Numbered from the stretch's first letter, positions 19,520 to 27,394 are shown. The stretch: DNA of 64,000 nt from a bacterium (GCA_030619905.1 JAUXAO010000002.1:1193-65192); one strand, 5' to 3'. Made by a program: numbers and translations. Notes: generated by a model not told the origin, from the sequence alone.

Positions 19520-19548
19520 TTGAAAAATCAAGAGGGATATTGTAAGAT
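19520..19548 (+). promoter_or_regulatory. candidate sigma70-type promoter for rpsB-tsf
   Basis: TTGAAA (19520-19525), 17 nt, TAAGAT (19543-19548) with TG at -15/-14. Such matches are frequent by chance in AT-rich DNA. Confidence 0.35.
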
Positions 19549-19577
19549 AATTACATAATAAATATATTAAAAACAAG

Positions 19578-20276
19578 ATGAACATAAAAGGAAATAAATT
19601 TAATATTGATGCTAGCGAAATGATGAAAGCTGGAGCTCATCTCGGTCATCGGATTTCAAAACTTCATCCTAAAATGAAGGATTATATTTTTGGCGTTAGA
19701 AATACCATTCATATCATTGATTTAGAAAAAACAGTTGTTCAGTTTGAAAAGGCCTTGGAGTTTATCAAGGAGCTTACAAAAAAAGGAGAAATTTTGCTTT
19801 TAATCGGGACAAAAACTCCATTGAAAGTTTTGGTAAAAGAAACAGCAGATGACTGTGATATTTCTTATGTTAATGAAAGATGGCTTGGTGGGACTTTTAC
19901 TAATTTTAAAATCATCTTAGAAAGAATTAAATATTTTAGAGAACTTGAGAGGAAAAAAAAGGAAGGGGAGTTAGAAAAATATACCAAGAAAGAAAGAGTT
20001 GAGTTTGATAAAGAATTAAAAAATCTTGAGATTAAATTCGGAGGAATAAAGAGCCTAGAGAAGATCCCTGAAGCAGTATTTGTTTGTGATGTAAAAAATA
20101 ATATTTTGGCAGTAAAGGAGGCTCGAGAAAAAGGAGTAAAAATTATTGCCATAGTAGATACGAATGTTGACCCCAATTTAATCGATTATCCAATCTGTGC
20201 TAATGATGATGCAATATCATCAGTTAAATATATTTTGGAAAAGGTTAAGGAAGTTATAAAAAAATCTAAAAAATAA
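19578..20276 (+). CDS. rpsB: 30S ribosomal protein S2
   Basis: MMKAGAHLGHRISKLHPKM, ERWLGGTFTNF and AIVDTNVDP. Confidence 0.95.
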   Translation: MNIKGNKFNIDASEMMKAGAHLGHRISKLHPKMKDYIFGVRNTIHIIDLEKTVVQFEKALEFIKELTKKGEILLLIGTKTPLKVLVKETADDCDISYVNERWLGGTFTNFKIILERIKYFRELERKKKEGELEKYTKKERVEFDKELKNLEIKFGGIKSLEKIPEAVFVCDVKNNILAVKEAREKGVKIIAIVDTNVDPNLIDYPICANDDAISSVKYILEKVKEVIKKSKK

Positions 20277-20335
20277 ATAATCCTTGGGTATTTTATCTCA
20301 TGGAATATGATAAAATCCTTGGGACTAGTTGTGTT

Positions 20336-20920
20336 ATGACAAATATGGATCATCTTAAACAACTTCGTGAAGAAACTGGAATTCCTTTTTTAGAATGTAA
20401 AAATGCTTTAGAGGAAGCTAAAGGCGATATTAAAGAAGCCAAGAAAATTTTAAGAGAGAAAGGAAAAGAGATATCTCAGAGTAAAGTTTTGAGAAAAACA
20501 GAACAGGGGATTATTGAAAGCTACCTACATCCTGGAGGAAAAATCGGAGTCCTTTTAGAAATTTGTTGCGAATCTGATTTTGTTACTAAGTCAGAAGAAT
20601 TCAAAAAATTAGCTCATGAGATTTGTTTACAGATTGCTGCTACAAAACCATTATTTTTAGATGACAAAGATATTTCCGAAGAATTTTTAGAGAGCGAGAA
20701 AAAAATCTATCAAAAACAATTTAAAGACTCAGGTAAACCTCAAAAAATAGTTGATCAGATTATTGAAGGGAAGTTATCGAAATACAAGAAAGAAGTTTGT
20801 CTTTTAAATCAATCCTGGGTAAAAGACGAAGCAAAGACAATAAAAGATTTAATTAGTGAATACAGTTTAAAACTCGGAGAAAATATCAAAGTTGAAAAGT
20901 TTACAAGATACGAGATATAA
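20336..20920 (+). CDS. tsf: translation elongation factor Ts (short form)
   Basis: LKQLREETGIPFLECKNALEEAKGDIKEA and CESDFV. The start at ATG 20336 or 20345 fits the family better than 20300. Confidence 0.88.
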   Translation: MTNMDHLKQLREETGIPFLECKNALEEAKGDIKEAKKILREKGKEISQSKVLRKTEQGIIESYLHPGGKIGVLLEICCESDFVTKSEEFKKLAHEICLQIAATKPLFLDDKDISEEFLESEKKIYQKQFKDSGKPQKIVDQIIEGKLSKYKKEVCLLNQSWVKDEAKTIKDLISEYSLKLGENIKVEKFTRYEI

Positions 20921-20924
20921 TTAT

Positions 20925-20997
20925 GCCCGGGTAGCTCAATTGGAAGAGCAACAGTTTTGTAAACTGTAGGTTGGGGATTCGAGTTCTCTCCCGGGCT
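20925..20997 (+). tRNA. tRNA-Thr (anticodon UGU)
   Basis: Hand-folded cloverleaf: acceptor GCCCGGG/CCCGGGC, anticodon stem ACAGT/ACTGT, loop TTTGTAA, T-loop TTCGAGT. CCA is not encoded. Confidence 0.9.
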
Positions 20998-21024
20998 TGA
21001 CATAAAAAATTAAAAAGGTAAGAT
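20997..21024 (+). promoter_or_regulatory. candidate 16S rRNA promoter
   Basis: TTGACA (20997-21002), 16 nt, TAAGAT (21019-21024), directly after tRNA-Thr. Confidence 0.4.
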
Positions 21025-21033
21025 AAAAAGGCA

Positions 21034-21046
21034 CAGTTCTTTCCAA
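21034..21046 (+). promoter_or_regulatory. boxA-like antitermination element in the 16S leader
   Basis: CAGTTCTTTCCAA compared with the boxA consensus TGCTCTTTAACAA. A similar GTTCTTT core sits in the 23S leader. Confidence 0.3.
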
Positions 21047-21056
21047 TTGAATATTA

Positions 21057-21119
21057 GTTTTTCTGATCTATTCCATTTAGTTTTTTTAAGGATGTCCGAT
21101 TGGATAATCGGACGAGTAT
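21057..21119 (+). other. 16S leader half of the precursor processing stem
   Basis: AATCGGACGAGTAT (21106-21119) is the perfect reverse complement of 23542-23555. TTTTTCTGATCTATTCCATTTAG (21057-21080) pairs with 23581-23603. Confidence 0.7.
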
Positions 21120-21976
21120 TTTTGAGAGTTTGATCCTAGCTCAGGATGAACGCTGGCGGCGTGGATAAGGCATGCAAGTCGCGGGAGGCTTCGAGCCTAC
21201 CGGCGAATGGGTTAGTAACACGTAGATAACATACCCCAGAGATAGGGATAATCCGTCGAAAGGCGGACTAATACCTAATGGTCCGAGCACATAATACTTT
21301 ATATGTTCGGTAAAGGTTTCGAGCAATCGTTTCTGCTCTGGGAGTGGTCTGCGGCCTATCAGCTAGTTGGTAAGGTAATGGCTTACCAAGGCAATGACGG
21401 GTAGGGGGTGTGAGAGCACGATCCCCAACAGAGGCACTGAGACACGGGCCTCACTCCTACGGGAGGCAGCAGTCGAGAATCTTCGGCAATGGGCGAAAGC
21501 CTGACCGAGCGACGCCGCGTGCAGGAAGAATGCCTTCGGGTTGTAAACTGCTTTTAACCGAGAGGAACCTTCGGGTGACAGTATCGGTTGAATAAGGGGG
21601 TGCTAACTCTGTGCCAGCAGCAGCGGTAATACAGAGCCCCCAAGCGTTATCCGGATTTATTGGGCGTAAAGGGTCCGTAGACTCCTCGTCAAGTTTTCTA
21701 TTAAATCTTCAGGGCTTAACCTTGAAGCTGTGGGAAAAACTAACGAGGTAGAGGGCGTTAGAGGCCAGTGGAATACACGGTGTAGGGGTGAAATCCGTTG
21801 ATATCGTGTAGAACACCAAAAGCGAAAGCAGCTGGCTGGAGCGACCCTGACGTTGAGGGACGAAAGCGTGGGGAGCGAAGAGGATTAGATACCCTCGTAG
21901 TCCACGCCCTAAACGATGGATGCTAGCTGGTGGGAGTGTCGACCCTTTCACTGGCGAAGCTAACGCGTTAAGCATC

Positions 21977-22018
<42 letters not shown>

Positions 22019-22486
22019 AGACGGGGGTCTACACAAGCGGTGGATCACGTGGCTTAATTCGACGACAAGCGAAGAACCTTACCAGGGCTTGACATGTTAA
22101 GTGAAAACTCGAGGAAACTTGAGACTCCGCAAGGCACTTAATACAGGTGCTGCATGGTTGTCGTCAGCAGGTGTCGTGAGATGCTCCCTTAAATGGGGAA
22201 ACCTGCGCAACCCTTGTCCTATGTTTTATTTGTCATAGGGAACCGCCTCATTTTATGAGGAGGAAGGTGAGGACGACGTCAAATCAGCATGGCCCTTATG
22301 TCCTGGGCAGCACACGTGGTACAATGGCCGGTACAAAGAGTTGCCAAAGCGCAAGCTGGAGCTAATCTCATCAAAACCGGTCTCAGTTCGGATCGAGGTC
22401 TGAAACTCGACCTCGTGAAGCTGGAATCGCTAGTAATCGCGAATCAGCTATGTCGCGATGAATATGTCCCTAGACCTTGTACTCAC

Positions 22487-23318
22487 AATTAAACGCGCCC
22501 GGCAGATACATAAACTAAAGAGTTAAAATCTCTTTCTCTACGATTCGTCAGTAGAGCATAGTTGAAAGATAGTTATCCATCGCGAGATGGATAGCGGAGG
22601 ATCTGGAAACAAATAGTAGCCCGAGTTATTAAGAGTTAGTCGACCCATGAACAGGTGGTGAGCATGGGGAAGATTATTTTATAAGCTCAGCTTGGGATGT
22701 TAGGAATAGTTTATGTATTGACCCGGGGAGATCTGATGTTGTATAATGGAACTAACGCAGCGTCAGAAGTCAGCTGGATCATAGTATCTCACTTCTAGTG
22801 GGAAAAGGATCCTCTCTAATTCATGCTTAATTCTAATTACATTATCGGTTTAGTAGATGGTGAAGGTAGCTTTACAGTTTATATTCGTAATTCCAAAGAG
22901 AGTAAATCTGTAAAAAGAAGAGTTAAAGCAGAACCTAGATTTTACGTAAAATTGATAGAGAAAGATAAAAAAATTCTTTATGAATTGAAAAAGTTCTTTG
23001 GTTGTGGAAATGTCTACTTCCAAAGAGACAAACGTAAAAATCACCAAAATTGCTACCGTTATGAAGTAGCCAATCGTAAAGACATAGAGAATGTTATTAT
23101 ACCTTTTTTTAAAGAGCATCAACTTAAGATTTACTCAAAGAAAAAAGATTTCAGAATTTTCTGCAAGATAATAAATCTAATGAAAAAGGGGAAACATTTA
23201 GAAGATAAAGGTTTACAAGAATTGTATAGAATTAAGCAAGAAATGCATTAGAGCTCGCCGTATGCGGGAAATCCGCACGTATGGTGGGAACGTCAACTCT
23301 AAGTTCCTAGAGAACATT
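22487..23318 (+). mobile_element. intervening sequence/intron in 16S between E. coli-equivalent positions 1399 and 1400, carrying a homing endonuclease ORF
   Basis: Exon ...CCTTGTACTCAC ends at 22486 and CGCCCGTCACA resumes at 23319. Together they reconstitute the universal GYACACACCGCCCGT segment. Confidence 0.75.
22823..23251 (+). CDS. LAGLIDADG homing endonuclease, single-motif (homodimer-type)
   Basis: 142 aa; YIIGLVDGEGSF motif near the N-terminus; located inside the 16S insertion. Confidence 0.85.
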   Translation: MLNSNYIIGLVDGEGSFTVYIRNSKESKSVKRRVKAEPRFYVKLIEKDKKILYELKKFFGCGNVYFQRDKRKNHQNCYRYEVANRKDIENVIIPFFKEHQLKIYSKKKDFRIFCKIINLMKKGKHLEDKGLQELYRIKQEMH

Positions 23319-23541
23319 CGCCCGTCACATTAGGGAAGCCGGTAATAGCCGAAACTCCAGCTTGTCTGGGTCTAAGCTAAGATCGGTAACCAGAATGAAG
23401 TCGTAACAAGGCACGGCTAGGGGAACCTGGTCGTGGATCATTTCTTTTTTTTGAATTGGTTGACAAGATTTGAAAATTGAGAATTCTATTTTCAAATCTT
23501 AGATGTTAGTCAAGTCATCTTATAAATTGACTATTCACTCT

Positions 23542-23603
23542 ATACTCGTCCGATTTTTCGATCAGATATCTAGTAAATAGCTAAGTGGGATAGATCAGAA
23601 AAA
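23542..23603 (+). other. 16S trailer half of the precursor processing stem
   Basis: ATACTCGTCCGATT and CTAAGTGGGATAGATCAGAAAAA are complementary to 21106-21119 and 21057-21080. Confidence 0.7.
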
Positions 23604-23665
23604 CTAAAATTACAAGAAACTGCTTTTAGTAAAAACTTGGTTTTTTTTGGATTAAGGACTGAAAT

Positions 23666-23693
23666 AAAAAAGTTCCCATAAGGGGATTTTTTT
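23666..23693 (+). terminator. weak intrinsic terminator-like hairpin after 16S
   Basis: AAAAAAGTTCCC-ATAA-GGGGATTTTTTT: a 5-7 bp stem with G-U pairs followed by a T7 run. Confidence 0.4.
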
Positions 23694-23694
23694 G

Positions 23695-23723
23695 TTGACT
23701 TGTAGTTTTTGACAAAGTAAAAT
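23695..23723 (+). promoter_or_regulatory. candidate promoter for tRNA-Ile and the pilin modules
   Basis: TTGACT (23695-23700), 17 nt, TAAAAT (23718-23723). Confidence 0.4.
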
Positions 23724-23741
23724 ATAATAATGTATTTAAAA

Positions 23742-23815
23742 GGGCGATTAGCTCAGCTGGTTAGAGCGTTCCTCTGATAAGGGAGAGGTCCGAGGTTCGA
23801 ATCCTCGATCGCCCA
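23742..23815 (+). tRNA. tRNA-Ile (anticodon GAU)
   Basis: GGGCGAT...ATCGCCC acceptor, anticodon loop CTGATAA, T-arm CGAGGTTCGAATCCTCG. Confidence 0.9.
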
Positions 23816-23823
23816 ATAAAAAC

Positions 23824-24096
23824 ATGCCAAATGAAGAAAACAAGGGAAATGAAGTAATAGATTACAGCAAGTTTTTTGAAAGAGAAAAGGGGAAGAAAGT
23901 AGAAATTCCTCAGAAAAAAGAGAAGTTTTCTTTTAGTTTTTTAAAAAATCTTTGGTCTGAAATGGACAAAAAAACAAAAGTAGAATTGATAGTTCTCTTA
24001 GTAGTAATTATAATGATAATTGGTATTTTAGTTTTTTATTTTTTGCAGATGAAAGCTTTTGAAGTTCTCCCAGTTCCACTTCCAGCTGAGTATTAA
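23824..24096 (+). CDS. small single-pass membrane protein (module 1), paralog of 24684..24974
   Basis: 90 aa; charged N-terminus DYSKFFEREKGKKVEIPQKKEKFSFSFLKNLWSEMDKKTKVELI, then a TM helix; no family recognised. Confidence 0.5.
   Translation: MPNEENKGNEVIDYSKFFEREKGKKVEIPQKKEKFSFSFLKNLWSEMDKKTKVELIVLLVVIIMIIGILVFYFLQMKAFEVLPVPLPAEY
23863..23991 (+). repeat. 129-bp perfect direct repeat, copy 1
   Basis: Identical base for base to 24717-24845 by manual comparison. Flanks on both sides diverge immediately. Confidence 0.95.
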
Positions 24097-24118
24097 ATTA
24101 GTTAAGAATTTCAGAAAT

Positions 24119-24652
24119 ATGGAGAATAATGAAAAAAGTAAAAAGGGTTTTACTTTAATTGAATTACTAGTGGTAATTGCTGTTATTAGTCTCTTAGCTT
24201 CAGTGGTTATGGTAGCTTTTCCAGGAGCTACAAAAAAAGCCAGAGATGCAGAAAGATTACAAGATACACATCAAATCCTTACAGCTCTTCTTATATATAA
24301 AACAAATGAGGGTCGATATCCTAGTATATCTGGAGATGCTTGTTGTGATGGTTGGGACCAAGGACCTTGTGGAACAGATCCTTTTATTGGAGCCTTGATA
24401 GATAGCGGTACGGCAACTATAGTCCCAACAGATCCAAGTGGTGGTTCGGGAACAGGGTGTTACGGATATAATTATTATCGTTATGGAGCTGGAAATTATG
24501 GTTGCGATTCGTCAAAAGGTGCGTTTTTCGTCTTAGGTGTTCGAGATATGGAAGCGAGTGGAAGACCTCATCCCGATAGTCTTGGTTGGAGCTGTTCAGG
24601 TAGAAACTGGCAGAATGAATTTGACTGGGTTACTGGAGGATTTGAAAAATAA
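24119..24652 (+). CDS. type IV pilin-like / type II secretion pseudopilin-like protein (module 1)
   Basis: Class III signal peptide MENNEKSKKG|FTLIELLVVIAVISLLASVVMVAFP. The Cys/Gly/Tyr-rich globular part contains VPTDPSGG. Confidence 0.8.
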   Translation: MENNEKSKKGFTLIELLVVIAVISLLASVVMVAFPGATKKARDAERLQDTHQILTALLIYKTNEGRYPSISGDACCDGWDQGPCGTDPFIGALIDSGTATIVPTDPSGGSGTGCYGYNYYRYGAGNYGCDSSKGAFFVLGVRDMEASGRPHPDSLGWSCSGRNWQNEFDWVTGGFEK

Positions 24653-24683
24653 CTTATCTAAAATATTATAAATTAAAAAAGCT

Positions 24684-24974
24684 ATGGATTTAAATAAAAA
24701 AAATGATGCAGTAGACTACAGCAAGTTTTTTGAAAGAGAAAAGGGGAAGAAAGTAGAAATTCCTCAGAAAAAAGAGAAGTTTTCTTTTAGTTTTTTAAAA
24801 AATCTTTGGTCTGAAATGGACAAAAAAACAAAAGTAGAATTGATAATTTTTTTGATAGTAGTTTTAATAACTCTTGGTATTTTAACTTTTCATTTTTTAA
24901 GAGAAATTAAAACACCAGAATTATTTATATATCCTCCCTCTCAGAGAGTGGATTTTTTACCATATGAAAAATAA
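24684..24974 (+). CDS. small single-pass membrane protein (module 2)
   Basis: 96 aa; shares the 43-residue DYSKFF...KVELI block with module 1, then a divergent TM helix and tail. Confidence 0.5.
   Translation: MDLNKKNDAVDYSKFFEREKGKKVEIPQKKEKFSFSFLKNLWSEMDKKTKVELIIFLIVVLITLGILTFHFLREIKTPELFIYPPSQRVDFLPYEK
24717..24845 (+). repeat. 129-bp perfect direct repeat, copy 2
   Basis: Identical to 23863-23991; the offset is 854 bp. Confidence 0.95.
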
Positions 24975-25467
24975 TATTTATTTTTTTAAAAAAGGGTTTA
25001 CTTTAGTTGAATTATTAGTAGTAATTTCCGTTATTGGTCTTTTGACTTCAGTCGTTCTAGTTTCTTTTCCGACATCAACGAAAAAAACAAGGGATGCAAT
25101 AAAGATGCGGGAATTAAAGCAAATTCAGACAGCTTTACGTTTATATTACGATATTTACCACCAAATGCCTGTTAATAGAACTCCGGGATTTGGTTATTGT
25201 GATGACCAGCCAAATTTTTTACAGGAAATAGTAGATGCAAAATTATGGCCTGACAATCCAAAGAGTCCAAGCGAGGGACATTATTGCTATTATGATTATG
25301 ATGTTGATAATTCAACAGGAGCTTTATTAGTAGTGACATTGGAAAGCTATTCTGGAACAGATGGGATTCTTGGGTCGTGTCGTCCTTGGGCTGCTGGTGA
25401 GAGTTGGTGCGATAAAAGTGATAATAATTATCATTGCCTTTGTACTCCTTATTCCCCTTATTGGTAG
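24964..25467 (+). CDS. type IV pilin-like protein (module 2)
   Basis: MKNNIYFFKKG|FTLVELLVVISVIGLLTSVVLVSFP. The C-terminal domain is divergent and Cys-containing. Overlaps the preceding small ORF by 11 nt. Confidence 0.8.
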   Translation: MKNNIYFFKKGFTLVELLVVISVIGLLTSVVLVSFPTSTKKTRDAIKMRELKQIQTALRLYYDIYHQMPVNRTPGFGYCDDQPNFLQEIVDAKLWPDNPKSPSEGHYCYYDYDVDNSTGALLVVTLESYSGTDGILGSCRPWAAGESWCDKSDNNYHCLCTPYSPYW

Positions 25468-25477
25468 AGATAAAGAC

Positions 25478-25515
25478 GGGCTCGTAGCTTAGCTGGAAGA
25501 GCGCCGATGTTGCAT
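25478..25515 (+). other. orphan 5' half of a tRNA-Ala(UGC)-like gene, ending in the anticodon loop
   Basis: GGGCTCG-TA-GCTT-AGCTGGAA-GAGC-G-CCGAT-GTTGCAT folds as acceptor 5' strand, D-arm, anticodon 5' stem and loop. I found no matching ATCGG...CGAGCCC 3' half downstream. Confidence 0.5.
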
Positions 25516-25767
25516 AAATAGAGTAACTTCCTAGGACATCTGAATACTTGCGGTAGTAGCAACCATTGGTTATAATATAATAAAAGTATGTCGAAGAAGG
25601 AACAAGGAACAATAGGGCTGTTGCGGGTTGCACAATAGCTATCAACTTCTCGGTTATAACGTTTTGCTTCCACTCGATGGTAAACAGAGGAGAATCCAAC
25701 TGAGAGTCTCTCGAACGAGAAACAATCAGAAAAAGAATATTCGACTAGCAGATGATTATCTGCTTCC

Positions 25768-25841
25768 GGGCCTGTAGTTCAGTTGGTTAGAATACCTCAT
25801 TTGCAATGAGGAGATCGCCGGTTCGAATCCGGCCAGGTCCA
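25768..25841 (+). tRNA. tRNA-Ala (anticodon UGC)
   Basis: Acceptor GGGCCTG/CAGGTCC gives the G3:U70 identity pair; anticodon loop TTTGCAA; T-arm GCCGGTTCGAATCCGGC. Confidence 0.9.
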
Positions 25842-25902
25842 AAATTTATTTATTTTTTATAAAGGTCGACTTTAAAGAACTAAGTTTAATTATAACAATA
25901 TT

Positions 25903-26580
25903 ATGGTTGAAAATTGGTCAGGTATTACATTATTAGCTTTACAAGATTTCTGGCAGGGATTTTTGAGTTTTATGCCACGTCTTGTTGGAGCAATAATTAT
26001 AATTCTTATTGGTTGGTTTATTGCTGATTGGATTGGAAGATTGGTAACCGAGGTTTTAAGGAAATTAAAGTTTGACCGGATTTTTGAAAGAACTCAATGG
26101 CAAGATGCTCTGGAAAAAGCAGAATTTAAAGTTTCTGTTTCTCATTTTTTTGGAGAGATTGTTCAATGGATTTTAGTGATTGTCTTTTTACTAGCAGCTG
26201 TAGAAGTTTTAGGGAGCCGTCAATTCGCTATTTTCCTAAACAAGATAGTTAATTGGCTTCCAAATTTAATAGTAGCAGTTGCCATTTTTGTGGTGGCAGT
26301 AATTATTGCTGACTTTGCTAAGAAAATAATCCAGGCAGTTGTAGAGAAAGCAAAAGTAGCGCATTCAGAATTAATATCATCAGTTGTTCAATGGTCAATT
26401 TGGGTTTTTGCCCTTTTTGCTATTTTAATTCAATTGGGGATTGCCAGAGAATTGATTCAGATCTTATTTACTGGACTTATTGGTTTGGTTGTAATTAGTT
26501 GTGGAATTGCTTTTGGATTAGGAGGAAAAGATTTAGCCAGAGATATCCTGAATGGTTTAAGAAACAACTTAAAGAAATAA
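25903..26580 (+). CDS. multi-pass membrane protein with repeated 'conserved TM helix' units (MscS-N-terminal-like)
   Basis: 225 aa. Repeated pattern of a hydrophobic helix plus a charged linker (e.g. LVGAIIIILIGWFIADWIGRLV, IVAVAIFVVAVIIADFAKKI). Family assignment is by recollection. Confidence 0.5.
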   Translation: MVENWSGITLLALQDFWQGFLSFMPRLVGAIIIILIGWFIADWIGRLVTEVLRKLKFDRIFERTQWQDALEKAEFKVSVSHFFGEIVQWILVIVFLLAAVEVLGSRQFAIFLNKIVNWLPNLIVAVAIFVVAVIIADFAKKIIQAVVEKAKVAHSELISSVVQWSIWVFALFAILIQLGIARELIQILFTGLIGLVVISCGIAFGLGGKDLARDILNGLRNNLKK

Positions 26581-26610
26581 AGAGATTAATCAACAGATTC
26601 TTGGTGTAAG

Positions 26611-26650
26611 GTCAACCCCTCATTTTTAATGGGGGGTTGACAAAGGTTTT
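26611..26650 (+). terminator. rho-independent terminator after the membrane-protein gene
   Basis: GTCAACCCC / GGGGTTGAC is a 9-bp perfect stem (26611-26641), followed shortly by a T6 run. Confidence 0.6.
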
Positions 26651-26665
26651 TTAATTTGCTAAATT
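26637..26665 (+). promoter_or_regulatory. candidate 23S rRNA promoter
   Basis: TTGACA (26637-26642), 17 nt, TAAATT (26660-26665); overlaps the terminator 3' arm. Confidence 0.4.
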
Positions 26666-26780
26666 TAACCGAGTATGCAGGAAATATTTAATGAATTCAG
26701 ATAAAAAAGCGGCTTAAATGCTACAGATTTGGATTTTTTGTTGTAGCCGCTACCAGCGGTTTTTTAGTTTGACAGAATGA

Positions 26781-26792
26781 TGTTCTTTGAAA
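26781..26792 (+). promoter_or_regulatory. boxA-like element in the 23S leader, preceded by overlapping hairpins
   Basis: TGTTCTTTGAAA. Upstream are GCTACA...TGTAGC and CCGCT-ACC-AGCGG-TTTTTT hairpins (26720-26766). Confidence 0.3.
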
Positions 26793-26805
26793 CTAAATAT
26801 GGAAA

Positions 26806-26830
26806 TTTGTGATTATTAATTACTAGCCAA
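26806..26830 (+). other. 23S leader half of the precursor processing stem
   Basis: TTTGTGATTATTAATTACTAGCCAA pairs with TTGGCTAGTAGTTAGTAATCATAAA (31069-31093), allowing G-U pairs. Confidence 0.65.
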
Positions 26831-27394
26831 AGGAATTATCTAAAAATAATTTTAAGGGCAAATGGTGGATGCCTTGGGAGTGGGAGGCGATGAAGGACGT
26901 GGCGTGGCTGCGATAAGCTTCGGGGAGGTGCTTAGCAACCTTTGATCCGGAGATTTCCGAATGGGGAAACCCGATTGCGTAAAACGCAATCGACTCATCA
27001 AAAAGGTGAGTCGCGAACCCGGGGAAGTGAAACATCTCAGTACCCGGAGGAAAAGAAAACAATGCCAGTGTTTTACACTGGTGCATTCCCTTAGTAGTGG
27101 CGAGCGAAAAGGGAAGAGCCCAAACCGAATACATAATTTATTATGTGTTCGGGGTTGTAAGAAAATAACGTCGGGAGCTAAGCATATAATTTTTATATGC
27201 TTAGTGCCTGAGGGAGAGCATTTAGACAAAAGTTGGTTAGGAGAAATTTCCTGGAAAGGAATACCATAGAGGGTGATAGTCCCGTATCTGAAAATCCTTT
27301 TGTGCTCCTTGTTATTTCTCTTAAGTACCTCAGGAAATGAAAGCCCTGAGGGAAGCATCCGTGACTATGCGGAAAGGCTAAATACTACCCACTC

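Noticed and set aside
20277-20335. Direct repeat AATCCTTGGG (two copies) and the longer ORF start at 20300 upstream of tsf
   Set aside because: The EF-Ts family alignment begins at MDHLKQLREETG, so the extra 12 codons are probably 5' UTR. The 10-nt repeat is too short to interpret.
22850-23122. 90-aa ORF antisense to the 16S-intron LAGLIDADG gene
   Set aside because: It is fully contained in, and antisense to, an ORF with a clear endonuclease motif. AT-rich antisense frames are often open by chance.
25172-25699. 175-aa minus-strand ORF spanning the pilin 2 3' end, the tRNA-like fragment and the spacer
   Set aside because: It is antisense to a well-supported pilin gene and runs through a tRNA-like sequence. 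The composition is low-complexity and there is no start context, so it is treated as spurious.
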